Assembly: GCA_045594545.1 (NCBI GenBank) | Contig: JAZNYQ010000073.1 | Location: forward strand, 1 to 50,587 | Source of the DNA: Eubacteriales bacterium | GTDB taxonomy: Bacteria; Bacillota; Clostridia; Oscillospirales; UMGS1783 | Length of the DNA stretch: 50,587 nucleotides | Direction: 5' to 3' | In this document: one piece after another, positions 40,068-48,737 of the stretch | Position numbering within the stretch: position 1 is the first letter of the stretch | Layout: each line of letters begins with the position of its first letter | Translations under genes and position numbers: made by a program | The notes under the pieces: generated by a model | Told to the model about the DNA's origin: nothing | The model's database searches: none | What the model saw: only the letters and a program-made list of their open reading frames with translations

Positions 40068-40505
40068 TCATAACATTTGCATTATCCAATAAATCAGGCC
40101 ATAAATGACGCTTGCGACTATGCCGTAGACGATGACCGGACCGGCGATCACGAACATCTTGGCCGCCACACCAAGAACCAGCCCTTCCGTCTTAAACTCC
40201 ATGGCCGGCGAGACCACCGAGTTGGCAAAGCCGCTGATGGGCACCACACTGCCGGCACCCGCGTATTTGGCCAACTTGTCATACAACCCCAAGCCGGTAA
40301 ACAAAGCACCTAAAAAGACAATGGTGCAGGATGCGATAGTGTAGCCCATTTTCTGTTCAAAGCCTTGCGCGATAATGAAGTTGGTAATCAACTGCCCGAT
40401 CACGCAAATGCCGCCGCCCACCAGAAAGGCCAGGATGCAATTTTTCCAGGTCGGCGAGGACGGTGTTTTGCTTTTTGCCAGTTTATCGTAACTTTTTCGA
40501 TCCAT
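40068..40505 (-). CDS. spoVAC: Stage V sporulation protein AC
   Basis: AFLVGGGICVIGQ, GAGSVVPISGFANS, KMFVIAGPVIVYG. Confidence 0.97.
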   Translation of the reverse strand: MDRKSYDKLAKSKTPSSPTWKNCILAFLVGGGICVIGQLITNFIIAQGFEQKMGYTIASCTIVFLGALFTGLGLYDKLAKYAGAGSVVPISGFANSVVSPAMEFKTEGLVLGVAAKMFVIAGPVIVYGIVASVIYGLIYWIMQML

Positions 40506-40528
40506 AAAAAAATCCTCTCCTCTACCGT

Positions 40529-40557
40529 TAGTATGAGAGGAAAGGATAAAAATATAC
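40529..40557 (-). promoter_or_regulatory. sigma-G-type promoter of spoVAC
   Basis: GTATA-17 nt-CATACTA. Confidence 0.8.
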
Positions 40558-40559
40558 TT

Positions 40560-41285
40560 TTAATCAAAAGCAAATCCAAAATAGGCAGGCTTAGGCATCT
40601 CCTCAAAAAAGAGCCCCATGGCAAACGGAATATTTCCGTTTGGTATGCGAAATTCACCGGTTTTACAACCCAGCGCCCCGACAATGCCCGATGCCGTTTC
40701 GGGATTGCCCAACAGTTCCAGCCCGATCAAGACTTCTCCCTCTTTGCGGGCAGCTAACACAAAGTCGCTACCACGGTAGAACTGCGCCTGCCGTTCCAGA
40801 AAATCAAGGTTCTCTCCCTCTTGGATGACGCCGCCTTGCGGCAAGAATTGCCGACGAAGTACGGCATATTCGTTCTTATCGATCGGCATACATTCGATAT
40901 ATCCCGCTACCGTGACCGACAGTTGCCCGATTTGAGTACAGGGTTCATACCCCATACCGGCATACAGGTTCACAAGCCCTTTATTCCCCGGCACCAGCAT
41001 CGCCCCTGCATATCCTTGCTCACGAAGCAGACGGTGGGTATCCTCCATCAAACGATGGCACAACCCTTGCCCCCGATGGGCTTTTGCCGTGGCCACGGCG
41101 TAGATATAGGCGATCTTCTTTTCCCTATATTGGCAATCCAACCAATAGAGGGCGGCGACCGTTTTGCCGTCGATCTCTATGCTGTTGGAACGCTCGTGCG
41201 CATAGGCGGTAGCCGAGAAAATGTCCAGAAACTCGTCAGTATCCCCAAAAGCCTCTTTCCACAAGTGGCGCCGATCAATATTCAT
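40560..41285 (-). CDS. GNAT family N-acetyltransferase (Eis-like N-terminus)
   Basis: LWKEAFGD, YIYAVAT..AHRGQG, LYAGMGY. Confidence 0.9.
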   Translation of the reverse strand: MNIDRRHLWKEAFGDTDEFLDIFSATAYAHERSNSIEIDGKTVAALYWLDCQYREKKIAYIYAVATAKAHRGQGLCHRLMEDTHRLLREQGYAGAMLVPGNKGLVNLYAGMGYEPCTQIGQLSVTVAGYIECMPIDKNEYAVLRRQFLPQGGVIQEGENLDFLERQAQFYRGSDFVLAARKEGEVLIGLELLGNPETASGIVGALGCKTGEFRIPNGNIPFAMGLFFEEMPKPAYFGFAFD

Positions 41286-42186
41286 AGCAATCCTCCAACA
41301 GGCAAGCCCATTGCTTTTCGACCATATGATGAGGGTTGTAACTGAGTTTGGCCTTGCGCAATCCCTCGATTCCTAAGTCTTCCTCTCGATTCAGGAAGCG
41401 GATATGCGGTAGCGTTTCCCGAATATGACGGGCAAAATAGCAGTTGATGGCGGCGTAAGCGCCGTCGACATCCCATCTCGCCTTTTCAAACTGAACATCA
41501 ACCGTATCGTCTGACAGTTTACTGCCCATGGTAATCGCCAACACCCGATCCCCGTCCCGCAGTAAGAGCCCTAACATATCCAATTCCCGAAAATGGCGCA
41601 TGGTCTTGGCGATGGCCGCCTTTTCCATATGAAAGTCACTCTGGGGATTTTCAGCCGTGCGGTCGGCATACCATTGTTCGATCATATTCTCCACCAAGGG
41701 CATGTTTTCCTCGTTGATCGGCTCGATCACACAATCGGGATGCGCCGCCTCAAATCGATGCAGATGGTTACGTTTCTGATGGTATTTTCTCCCCTTAAGG
41801 TCAGCCAGATCATCAATGGCATAGACATAATCATGGGAATCCCGATCGTGGTGAAAACGAAATCGCTGAGGGTACAAGTCTTCCAATTCCTGCCGATCCT
41901 GCTCGCAAAGCCCAACCAAGCGGCAAGCAATACCTCGCTCCTTGGCGTCGGCAATGATGGCATCCAACACCGCCTTTTTATCGCCCTGTCCCGCAGGAAA
42001 GGCATAGACACTGCGACGGTTGAACTGTGAAAAGATGGCTAAGTGATCGTCCACGATAGCGGCGTTTTGCCGCCCCCACGCATACAGGTTGGCAAACGAG
42101 TAGCCGCATCCCCGTTCCCGCCCGTCCTGCAGATAGGATTCGTATAATTTCTTTTTTTCTATGGTTATGAGGGTATAATTAATCAT
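41275..42186 (-). CDS. DUF2156 / aminoacyl-phosphatidylglycerol synthase C-terminal-like domain protein
   Basis: DYVY...DLKGRKYHQKRNH, FEKA, NREEDLGIEGLRKAKLSY; start MINY behind AGGAG; perfect TTGACA-17-TATAAT upstream. Confidence 0.88.
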   Translation of the reverse strand: MINYTLITIEKKKLYESYLQDGRERGCGYSFANLYAWGRQNAAIVDDHLAIFSQFNRRSVYAFPAGQGDKKAVLDAIIADAKERGIACRLVGLCEQDRQELEDLYPQRFRFHHDRDSHDYVYAIDDLADLKGRKYHQKRNHLHRFEAAHPDCVIEPINEENMPLVENMIEQWYADRTAENPQSDFHMEKAAIAKTMRHFRELDMLGLLLRDGDRVLAITMGSKLSDDTVDVQFEKARWDVDGAYAAINCYFARHIRETLPHIRFLNREEDLGIEGLRKAKLSYNPHHMVEKQWACLLEDCYEY

Positions 42187-42246
42187 TTTTCCAACTCCTG
42201 CCTTTTTGTCTGTATCCATTATAAAAAAATTGTCTGTTTTTGTCAA

Positions 42247-43995
42247 TCAGATCCGCGTGTCCCACAGCCCGCAAAAGCTGTCGATCGGGTCCTTTCCCTT
42301 AAAGGCAGACGGGCCTGCTAACAGGCAATCGACCAAGGCATCCAGCGTATCGGGTTTGGAATCGTAGGCATTGATATAGGTTCGTAATTGCGGGACATCA
42401 GCCAGCATGGTAGGCGCATTGACACTAATACCGACAACCGGCAATTCAAACACATACCAGGGAATCTCACCACCGCCCTTGGACATACCGAAACTGGGGC
42501 GGCCGTTGGCCACATCGAACAGCGTAATGACCAGATCCTGCTCACTCTTAAATTCCGCAATGGCATTCTTGCCCGCAAAGTACAAATTCAAGGTAGGCTT
42601 TTCGCCGTTGGCTGCCATCTGTTTCATTTTATCCATGGGGCTGACGTAGATAAAGGCGTCAAAGCCTTTTTCCACCAGTCGGTCCCGCAATTCTTCGGCG
42701 GGTGTTTTTTTCTTCTGTCCTTCTCCCGACAACATCCCGATCAGCAGATCCATGGCTCCGGCGGCACCTTTAATAGGCACGATCATAATGCGCCGATATT
42801 TCTGCGGTGTCAACGGTAAAACCGCCTCATCCTTATATTTGACCAGCGTAATGCAGTCTTTGCTGATTTGCGTTGCCACCTCATGGATCGGTTTTACGTC
42901 GACAGGCACCGACATCGGCAATCCCTTATGAAGTCCCATATGCGCTTTCAAGCCGAGGATGCGCATAAGCGCTTCGTTCATACGGTCTTGGCTGATTATG
43001 CCGGTTTGATACGCCTCCAGCATGGTGGCAAAATCCTCTTGCGGGTCGTTAAAAAAGAGGAACATATCGCATCCGGCATTGATACTGGCGGGTAACATTT
43101 CCTTTCGAGGCATACGGTTGGTCATGGCTACCATGTGGCTGGCATCGGTAACCACCATGCCATTAAATCCCAGTTTTTCCCGCAGCAGTCCCGTCATGAT
43201 CTCAGGGCAAAGGGTAGCCGGTAACATCTCATCGTCCCGGATATGGGGATTTACTTGTCGCATATAAGCCGGCATCATGATATGCCCGCCCATAAAGGCT
43301 TCGACGTCGGCTTCGATCAACGTTTTATACACCTTGCCGAAAGTATCCATCCACTCCTGCTCGTTTAATGGGTTGATATTGTTAGATAAATGGGCATCCC
43401 GAAAGTCGATGCCGTTACCGGGAAAATGCTTGGCAGCACAGGCATAGCCCTCAACTTGGTGAGCACCCTCCACATAGGCCCGACTCATGGACGCCACCCG
43501 TTCGGGATCGTTGCCGAAAGCACGGGTGACCACCTCGGTGTTTTCCCAGTTATAATGAATATCACATACGGGAGAAAACGCCATATTGCAACCGAGTGCC
43601 GCCGCCTCCCGATTGGACAGTTCGCCCAAGGCTTTGGCATACTCGACCTTACCCGTGGCGCCGATCTTAATCCCCGAACCGATATAGGTGCCGTCCTGTG
43701 CCGCACCGTTACCGCCCATCTCGGTATTGCAGGCAATCAATAACGGGATCTTTGCATATTTTTGCAGGATCTCGTTTTGTTTTTTGACTGCCTCCCCTTT
43801 CATGGGGTTATACCGACAGCCGCCCAGATGGTATTTCTCCATCAATTCCTTCAAATATTCCTCACTCGTATCGGCCGTCAGTTGGAAAAACAACTGCCCG
43901 ACCTTTTCCTCGTCGCTCATGGCGGCCATGGTCCGTTCGACCCATGCCACATCTTCATCCGTTAAATAATACGGTCTGCTCTTGAGATCTACCAT
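42247..43995 (-). CDS. GH3 glycoside hydrolase (NagZ-like His acid/base subfamily)
   Basis: KHFPGNGIDFRDAH, LLREKLGFNGMVVTDASHM; no signal peptide. Confidence 0.9.
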   Translation of the reverse strand: MVDLKSRPYYLTDEDVAWVERTMAAMSDEEKVGQLFFQLTADTSEEYLKELMEKYHLGGCRYNPMKGEAVKKQNEILQKYAKIPLLIACNTEMGGNGAAQDGTYIGSGIKIGATGKVEYAKALGELSNREAAALGCNMAFSPVCDIHYNWENTEVVTRAFGNDPERVASMSRAYVEGAHQVEGYACAAKHFPGNGIDFRDAHLSNNINPLNEQEWMDTFGKVYKTLIEADVEAFMGGHIMMPAYMRQVNPHIRDDEMLPATLCPEIMTGLLREKLGFNGMVVTDASHMVAMTNRMPRKEMLPASINAGCDMFLFFNDPQEDFATMLEAYQTGIISQDRMNEALMRILGLKAHMGLHKGLPMSVPVDVKPIHEVATQISKDCITLVKYKDEAVLPLTPQKYRRIMIVPIKGAAGAMDLLIGMLSGEGQKKKTPAEELRDRLVEKGFDAFIYVSPMDKMKQMAANGEKPTLNLYFAGKNAIAEFKSEQDLVITLFDVANGRPSFGMSKGGGEIPWYVFELPVVGISVNAPTMLADVPQLRTYINAYDSKPDTLDALVDCLLAGPSAFKGKDPIDSFCGLWDTRI

Positions 43996-43996
43996 G

Positions 43997-44815
43997 CTAT
44001 TCTCCTCGTATTCCTAAATTCTCATGAAAGGCTTTTATTTGTTGTGCCTCGTATTCCGTGTATCGCCCCGAAACCAACCGTCCCAAGGCATGATTAACAA
44101 ACTCTGCCCAACTTTCCGACTCCTTCCCTGCCACAATCGGGAAGAACCACACTCCGTTTTCCTTGGCCGCCCGTTCATCACCCAAGGCATCGCCGCACAT
44201 TAAGGTGCGATGGACGGCATACCCTCTGTCAAGCAGAGAAGCTATACACTCCGTCTTTTTGCCCGAATCCTGCGTCATGGTATATTTGACATAGGGCATT
44301 AGTCCGAAACGGGTCCATTCTTCGGTAATCGCCGCCCGATTGGCGCTGGACACGATGGCGATATCGGCTACCTGTGCCGCTTCCCGCAAGGCATCCTTTA
44401 CTCCGTCAAAGGCTCGGATGGGCAATTCCTGAATCTCACGGTTTACCTGCTGACTCCACGCCAGCGCTTTTTGCAAACAGGGACCGTTTTGCTTCTCGAT
44501 CTCGGTCATCAACGCCCGCTCGGATAGTTCCTTGCTGTGCTCCACCCAGGCTTCCAATGCCTCGATGCCGTCAATAGGCACATACGTTTGATGAATTTGC
44601 CGCAGAGCGATCGCCAGCCCCTGAAACCGATTGATGCCGCGGGTCGCCGTATACAGATTGGTTTGATTCCATGCCTGCAAGATCGGTTGTTCGTACTGCT
44701 GCAAGTTCCACTGCTTTACAAGGCAAGGGCCAAAGGCTTGGGTGTGTTTGACCGTCATCGAGTCGATGGCGCATCCATCACTGTCGATACCGATCAAAAA
44801 CGGCTTATTGTCCAT
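43997..44815 (-). CDS. HAD-superfamily hydrolase
   Basis: DSDGC (DxD), VSSA, GKK, GDALGD motifs. Confidence 0.9.
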   Translation of the reverse strand: MDNKPFLIGIDSDGCAIDSMTVKHTQAFGPCLVKQWNLQQYEQPILQAWNQTNLYTATRGINRFQGLAIALRQIHQTYVPIDGIEALEAWVEHSKELSERALMTEIEKQNGPCLQKALAWSQQVNREIQELPIRAFDGVKDALREAAQVADIAIVSSANRAAITEEWTRFGLMPYVKYTMTQDSGKKTECIASLLDRGYAVHRTLMCGDALGDERAAKENGVWFFPIVAGKESESWAEFVNHALGRLVSGRYTEYEAQQIKAFHENLGIRGE

Positions 44816-46196
44816 GCTCGTCCAGCTCCCGATTCATGTGGGCCAATGTCTTTTTATCCAAATTATAAATAAAGGCCATACCAATCAGCATCAACACCGC
44901 ACCGAACAGATACAAAGACGGCACCAGATAGCGGATATTGCGTGCCACCTCGGGCAACTGGTTGCCTTCATTGGCTCCGACATAACCCAGTGCGACCATA
45001 ACCAGCAACACCAAGGACGGACCGAAGCCCTGCGCCAGTTTACGGAAAAAGGAGTGGAGCGAATAGACCGTCCCCTCTTCATGCGCGCCTGTTTTCCAAC
45101 GGTTATAGTCGATCGCATCTCCCATGAGCGACCAACTGACGGTGGAGAAGATGCCGATCCCTAAACTGTTGATTAGCTGGCAGATGACATAGATGATCAC
45201 ACCGTTCCCGTCGGGAGTGATGGGCAAAAGCAACATAGCCACCGATGCCGCAATACTGATCAGCGCACCGACGACACTCAGTTCCTTTTTACCGAATCGG
45301 GTAACCATTTTACGGGCAAAAGGGGTAAAAACAAAGACGGGCAGTAAAGAAAACACCTGAACGATACCCGAAATACCGACATTGCGGAAATAAGACTGGA
45401 ACAACACCGTCACAGCCGCTACGCTGGCCTGCACGCCGATGATCATACCCATGGCCGCCACGGTAGCGCCGACAGCGGGACGGTTCTTAATGAAATTACC
45501 AAAGGCCTTGAAAATGCTGAATTTTTCCTGACGGTTGCTTGCCCGCTGATCGGTTACGCGCACAACGGTAGTGCGGATCATGAATAAAAAGGCAAAAAAA
45601 CCGATCACACCCATGATAAGCGCAGCGATAAAGGCATTTTTACCGATCAAGTTCTCATTGCTGTCGTAAATCAAAAACGGCAGGATGGCAACGGGCACCA
45701 TATTACCGATCATCGACCCGACCGAACGCCACGCCGACAGGGATGCCCGATCGGCGGGATCTTTGGAGATGACCGACAACAGAGAGCCATAAGGTACGTT
45801 GGCCATGGTATAGAAAATATCCCAGACGACATACCCCACCACAAAAATTATGATCTTGATAGGCAACGAGGCTTCCCGCAAAGGCAAAAAGCATAGCGCG
45901 CCTGCCACGATCAAACCCATGGCGCCGTACAACATATAAGTCAAAAACTTATTGCGTTTGCGCACTCGACGGTCGGAGTCGACCAAGGCACCGATGATGG
46001 GGTCGGTAATCGCCGCCCACACCTGCACGATCACCAATAATAACGCATATAACTGGGAAGACATTCCCATAAACTGTGTCCAGAAGATTATTAATGTAGG
46101 GCGCAACGCAAAACTCATATTGCTTCCGATATCGCCGGCGGCATAAGAAATGCTGTCAAGTATGCCGAATTTGCGATGCCCGTCATTCTTTTTCAT
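44805..46196 (-). CDS. GPH-family MFS glycoside:cation symporter
   Basis: YAAGDIG, DPIIGALVD, YTMANVPYGSL, EGTVYSLHSFFRKLAQG. Confidence 0.92.
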   Translation of the reverse strand: MKKNDGHRKFGILDSISYAAGDIGSNMSFALRPTLIIFWTQFMGMSSQLYALLLVIVQVWAAITDPIIGALVDSDRRVRKRNKFLTYMLYGAMGLIVAGALCFLPLREASLPIKIIIFVVGYVVWDIFYTMANVPYGSLLSVISKDPADRASLSAWRSVGSMIGNMVPVAILPFLIYDSNENLIGKNAFIAALIMGVIGFFAFLFMIRTTVVRVTDQRASNRQEKFSIFKAFGNFIKNRPAVGATVAAMGMIIGVQASVAAVTVLFQSYFRNVGISGIVQVFSLLPVFVFTPFARKMVTRFGKKELSVVGALISIAASVAMLLLPITPDGNGVIIYVICQLINSLGIGIFSTVSWSLMGDAIDYNRWKTGAHEEGTVYSLHSFFRKLAQGFGPSLVLLVMVALGYVGANEGNQLPEVARNIRYLVPSLYLFGAVLMLIGMAFIYNLDKKTLAHMNRELDEHGQ

Positions 46197-46315
46197 ACAA
46201 TCACCCTTTCTTGTTTGACGTTATTTTGGATTGTTTTTCTGTATTTATGAAAAGATACTTGAAATTTTGCCCATAATACAATAAAATACAAATACAAACA
46301 CTAAGGAGGAAATGT

Positions 46316-47365
46316 ATGAAAAGTTCATTCCGCTGGTACGGCGACAGCGATCCCGTCACCCTTGCCTATATCCGTCAGATTCCCGGTATGCGCTCCATCG
46401 TATCGGCCGTATACGATGTGAAGCCCGGTGAAGTGTGGCCGGAAGAAAGCATCAAGCACATTGCCGATGAATGCAAAAAAAATGGGCTGGTCTTCGATGT
46501 GGTCGAATCCATACCCGTTACCGAGGAGATCAAACTCGGCAAACCCGAGCGAGACCGTCATATCGAAAATTACTGCGAAAACATTCGCCGTTGCGCCAAG
46601 TATGGCGTCAAGTGTGTAACCTATAATTTCATGCCTGTATTTGACTGGACCCGCACCCAGCTCGACAAAGCGGGGGCCGACGGCTCAACCAGTCTGGTCA
46701 TGTACTGGGATCAGATGAAAGGCTTAGATCCTCTCAAGGACGACATTCATCTCCCCGGCTGGGATGCCAGTTACACCCAAGACGAGGTGCGCGAACTGAT
46801 CACCGCCTACGGTGAATTAGGCGAAGAGGGGCTTTGGGCCAACATCGAATACTTCCTCAAGAAGGTTATTCCGGTAGCGGAGGCCTGCGATGTGGTAATG
46901 GCCATTCATCCCGACGATCCCCCCTACCCCATCTTCGGTTTGCCTCGCATCATCACCTGCGAAGAGAATCTTGACCGTTTCTTGAAACTGGTCGACAGCC
47001 CCGCCAACTCGCTGTGCCTGTGCACCGGCTCGCTGGGTTGCTCACCGAAGAACGACATTCCCGCCATGGTTGCCAAATACGCCAAGATGAACCGCATCGG
47101 ATTTATGCATTTGCGCAACGTTAAGATTCTGGAAGATACCAGTTTCGAGGAAACGGGACATCTGACCCAGAAAGGCAGTCTGGACATGAACGCCATCGTT
47201 AAGGCTCTGGTAGAGGCCAACTTTACCGGTTATTTCCGTCCCGATCACGGTCGCATGATCTGGGGCGAAACCGGCAAACCCGGCTACGGTCTGTACGACC
47301 GAGCACTGGGCAGCGCCTACCTCAACGGCTTGATCGAAGCCAACGGCGGCACAATCGAAGACTAA
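46316..47365 (+). CDS. uxuA: Mannonate dehydratase
   Basis: FRWYG, YNFMPVFDWTRT, HPDDPP, RPDHGR, GYGLYDRALG. Confidence 0.96.
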   Translation: MKSSFRWYGDSDPVTLAYIRQIPGMRSIVSAVYDVKPGEVWPEESIKHIADECKKNGLVFDVVESIPVTEEIKLGKPERDRHIENYCENIRRCAKYGVKCVTYNFMPVFDWTRTQLDKAGADGSTSLVMYWDQMKGLDPLKDDIHLPGWDASYTQDEVRELITAYGELGEEGLWANIEYFLKKVIPVAEACDVVMAIHPDDPPYPIFGLPRIITCEENLDRFLKLVDSPANSLCLCTGSLGCSPKNDIPAMVAKYAKMNRIGFMHLRNVKILEDTSFEETGHLTQKGSLDMNAIVKALVEANFTGYFRPDHGRMIWGETGKPGYGLYDRALGSAYLNGLIEANGGTIED

Positions 47366-47369
47366 ATTC

Positions 47370-47400
47370 AAAAAAACAGGAGGCAACTGCCTCCTGTTTT
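47370..47400. terminator. Bidirectional terminator
   Basis: AAAACAGGAGGCA/TGCCTCCTGTTTT inverted repeat. Confidence 0.85.
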
Positions 47401-48737
47401 TATTTGATCTTATTTACAATAGCACTTGCTACCTGCATGGCCACGCCTTGACCGGCGCCGGCGTGTTCGGCCAATACAAAAAAGGCGATCGGCAGATCTT
47501 CATCGGCCACAAATCCGGTAAACACCGAATGGGGTGACTTCCCGTCCTGCTGCGCCGTGCCCGATTTGGCGCCCACCGCCAGACCGCCGAACCGCCATGC
47601 CCCATACTGCACATCCACGTTATTTTGCATATATTCCGAAAGCATCTGCGCCGTCTGCAAACTCATGATCTCTTGCGGTTGCCCGGCCTTTTCTGTTTTC
47701 ACAGCGCCGTTGCCCAGCACCGAACTGCCGCACAAACGCATCGGCATCGCAACACCGTCATTGGCTATAGCACCCACATACCGCAGAAACGCCGCGGGAT
47801 TTACCGTATCCAGATGCTGACCGATACCCGACCAGGCCAGTTGCGCATCCGCTCCATCGTCCACCGCGATCGCACCCACCGCCGTTTCCTGCCAATCGAC
47901 GGTAGCCGCCGTTGTCAGCCCGACCCGTTCGGCCGTTGCGATCAGTTTTTCTTTGCCGATCGCCACCGCCAGTTCCCCAAAGGCACAGTTGCAGGAATTG
48001 GCAAAGGCCTGCTTGACATTTTGCTTGCCGTGTACGCCCGAACAGGTGATCACTTCCCCACCGATCTCGCATTGACCTGTGCAGGTAAAGGTCATTTTCT
48101 GCCAGTCGGACAGGTTTTCAATCGCCGCCTGCAGGGTTACGATCTTATAAACCGAACCGGGGGTATACACGGCCGATAAAAATCGGTTCAGATACATACC
48201 CTCACCCGAATGATCGGGTACCGCTGTCGGGTCAAAATTCGAAGCACTGACCATGGCGTAGATCTCACCCGTTCGGTAATTGATCACGCCCACTGCGCCG
48301 TCATAGTTACCAAGCGCCTTGGCCGCCACGGCACACAATTGTGCATCCAGATTCAATAACAGGGTTCGCCCGCCGTTGACATAGCGGTATACCCCGCCGA
48401 AATATCCGAAATCGATCCATTTTTCTCGATATTGGTGAATAACACCGCTGCCGATATTGCCCTGCAAATCCCCAATGGCATGCACCACCGCGCGGCGCAC
48501 CGTAGCATCCTCATGCCATGTCACCGGATCGCCCTGCGACGAAAAGAGAAGCACGCCATTGCGATCGGTAATACACAGATCATCCAAAACTCCGTTGGTA
48601 TACAGGTGCGGATTACGGGTCTGCGTGGCCCATGTCCGCCCCTGCGTTGCATATTCAAAGAGGAAAAAGCCCACGCCGCCAAGCAACAGCGCCGCCAGCA
48701 CCAAAGCCACGACACTGCGACGGAATAACTTGTTCAT
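47400..48737 (-). CDS. Class B penicillin-binding transpeptidase (PbpA-like)
   Basis: N-terminal TM; SxxK (PGSVYK), SCN, KSGT. Confidence 0.92.
   Translation of the reverse strand: MNKLFRRSVVALVLAALLLGGVGFFLFEYATQGRTWATQTRNPHLYTNGVLDDLCITDRNGVLLFSSQGDPVTWHEDATVRRAVVHAIGDLQGNIGSGVIHQYREKWIDFGYFGGVYRYVNGGRTLLLNLDAQLCAVAAKALGNYDGAVGVINYRTGEIYAMVSASNFDPTAVPDHSGEGMYLNRFLSAVYTPGSVYKIVTLQAAIENLSDWQKMTFTCTGQCEIGGEVITCSGVHGKQNVKQAFANSCNCAFGELAVAIGKEKLIATAERVGLTTAATVDWQETAVGAIAVDDGADAQLAWSGIGQHLDTVNPAAFLRYVGAIANDGVAMPMRLCGSSVLGNGAVKTEKAGQPQEIMSLQTAQMLSEYMQNNVDVQYGAWRFGGLAVGAKSGTAQQDGKSPHSVFTGFVADEDLPIAFFVLAEHAGAGQGVAMQVASAIVNKIK

Noticed and set aside
39220-40187. spoVAC repeat pair as a DGR template/variable repeat
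   Set aside because: Mismatches are not adenine-specific, are all synonymous, and no reverse transcriptase is present.
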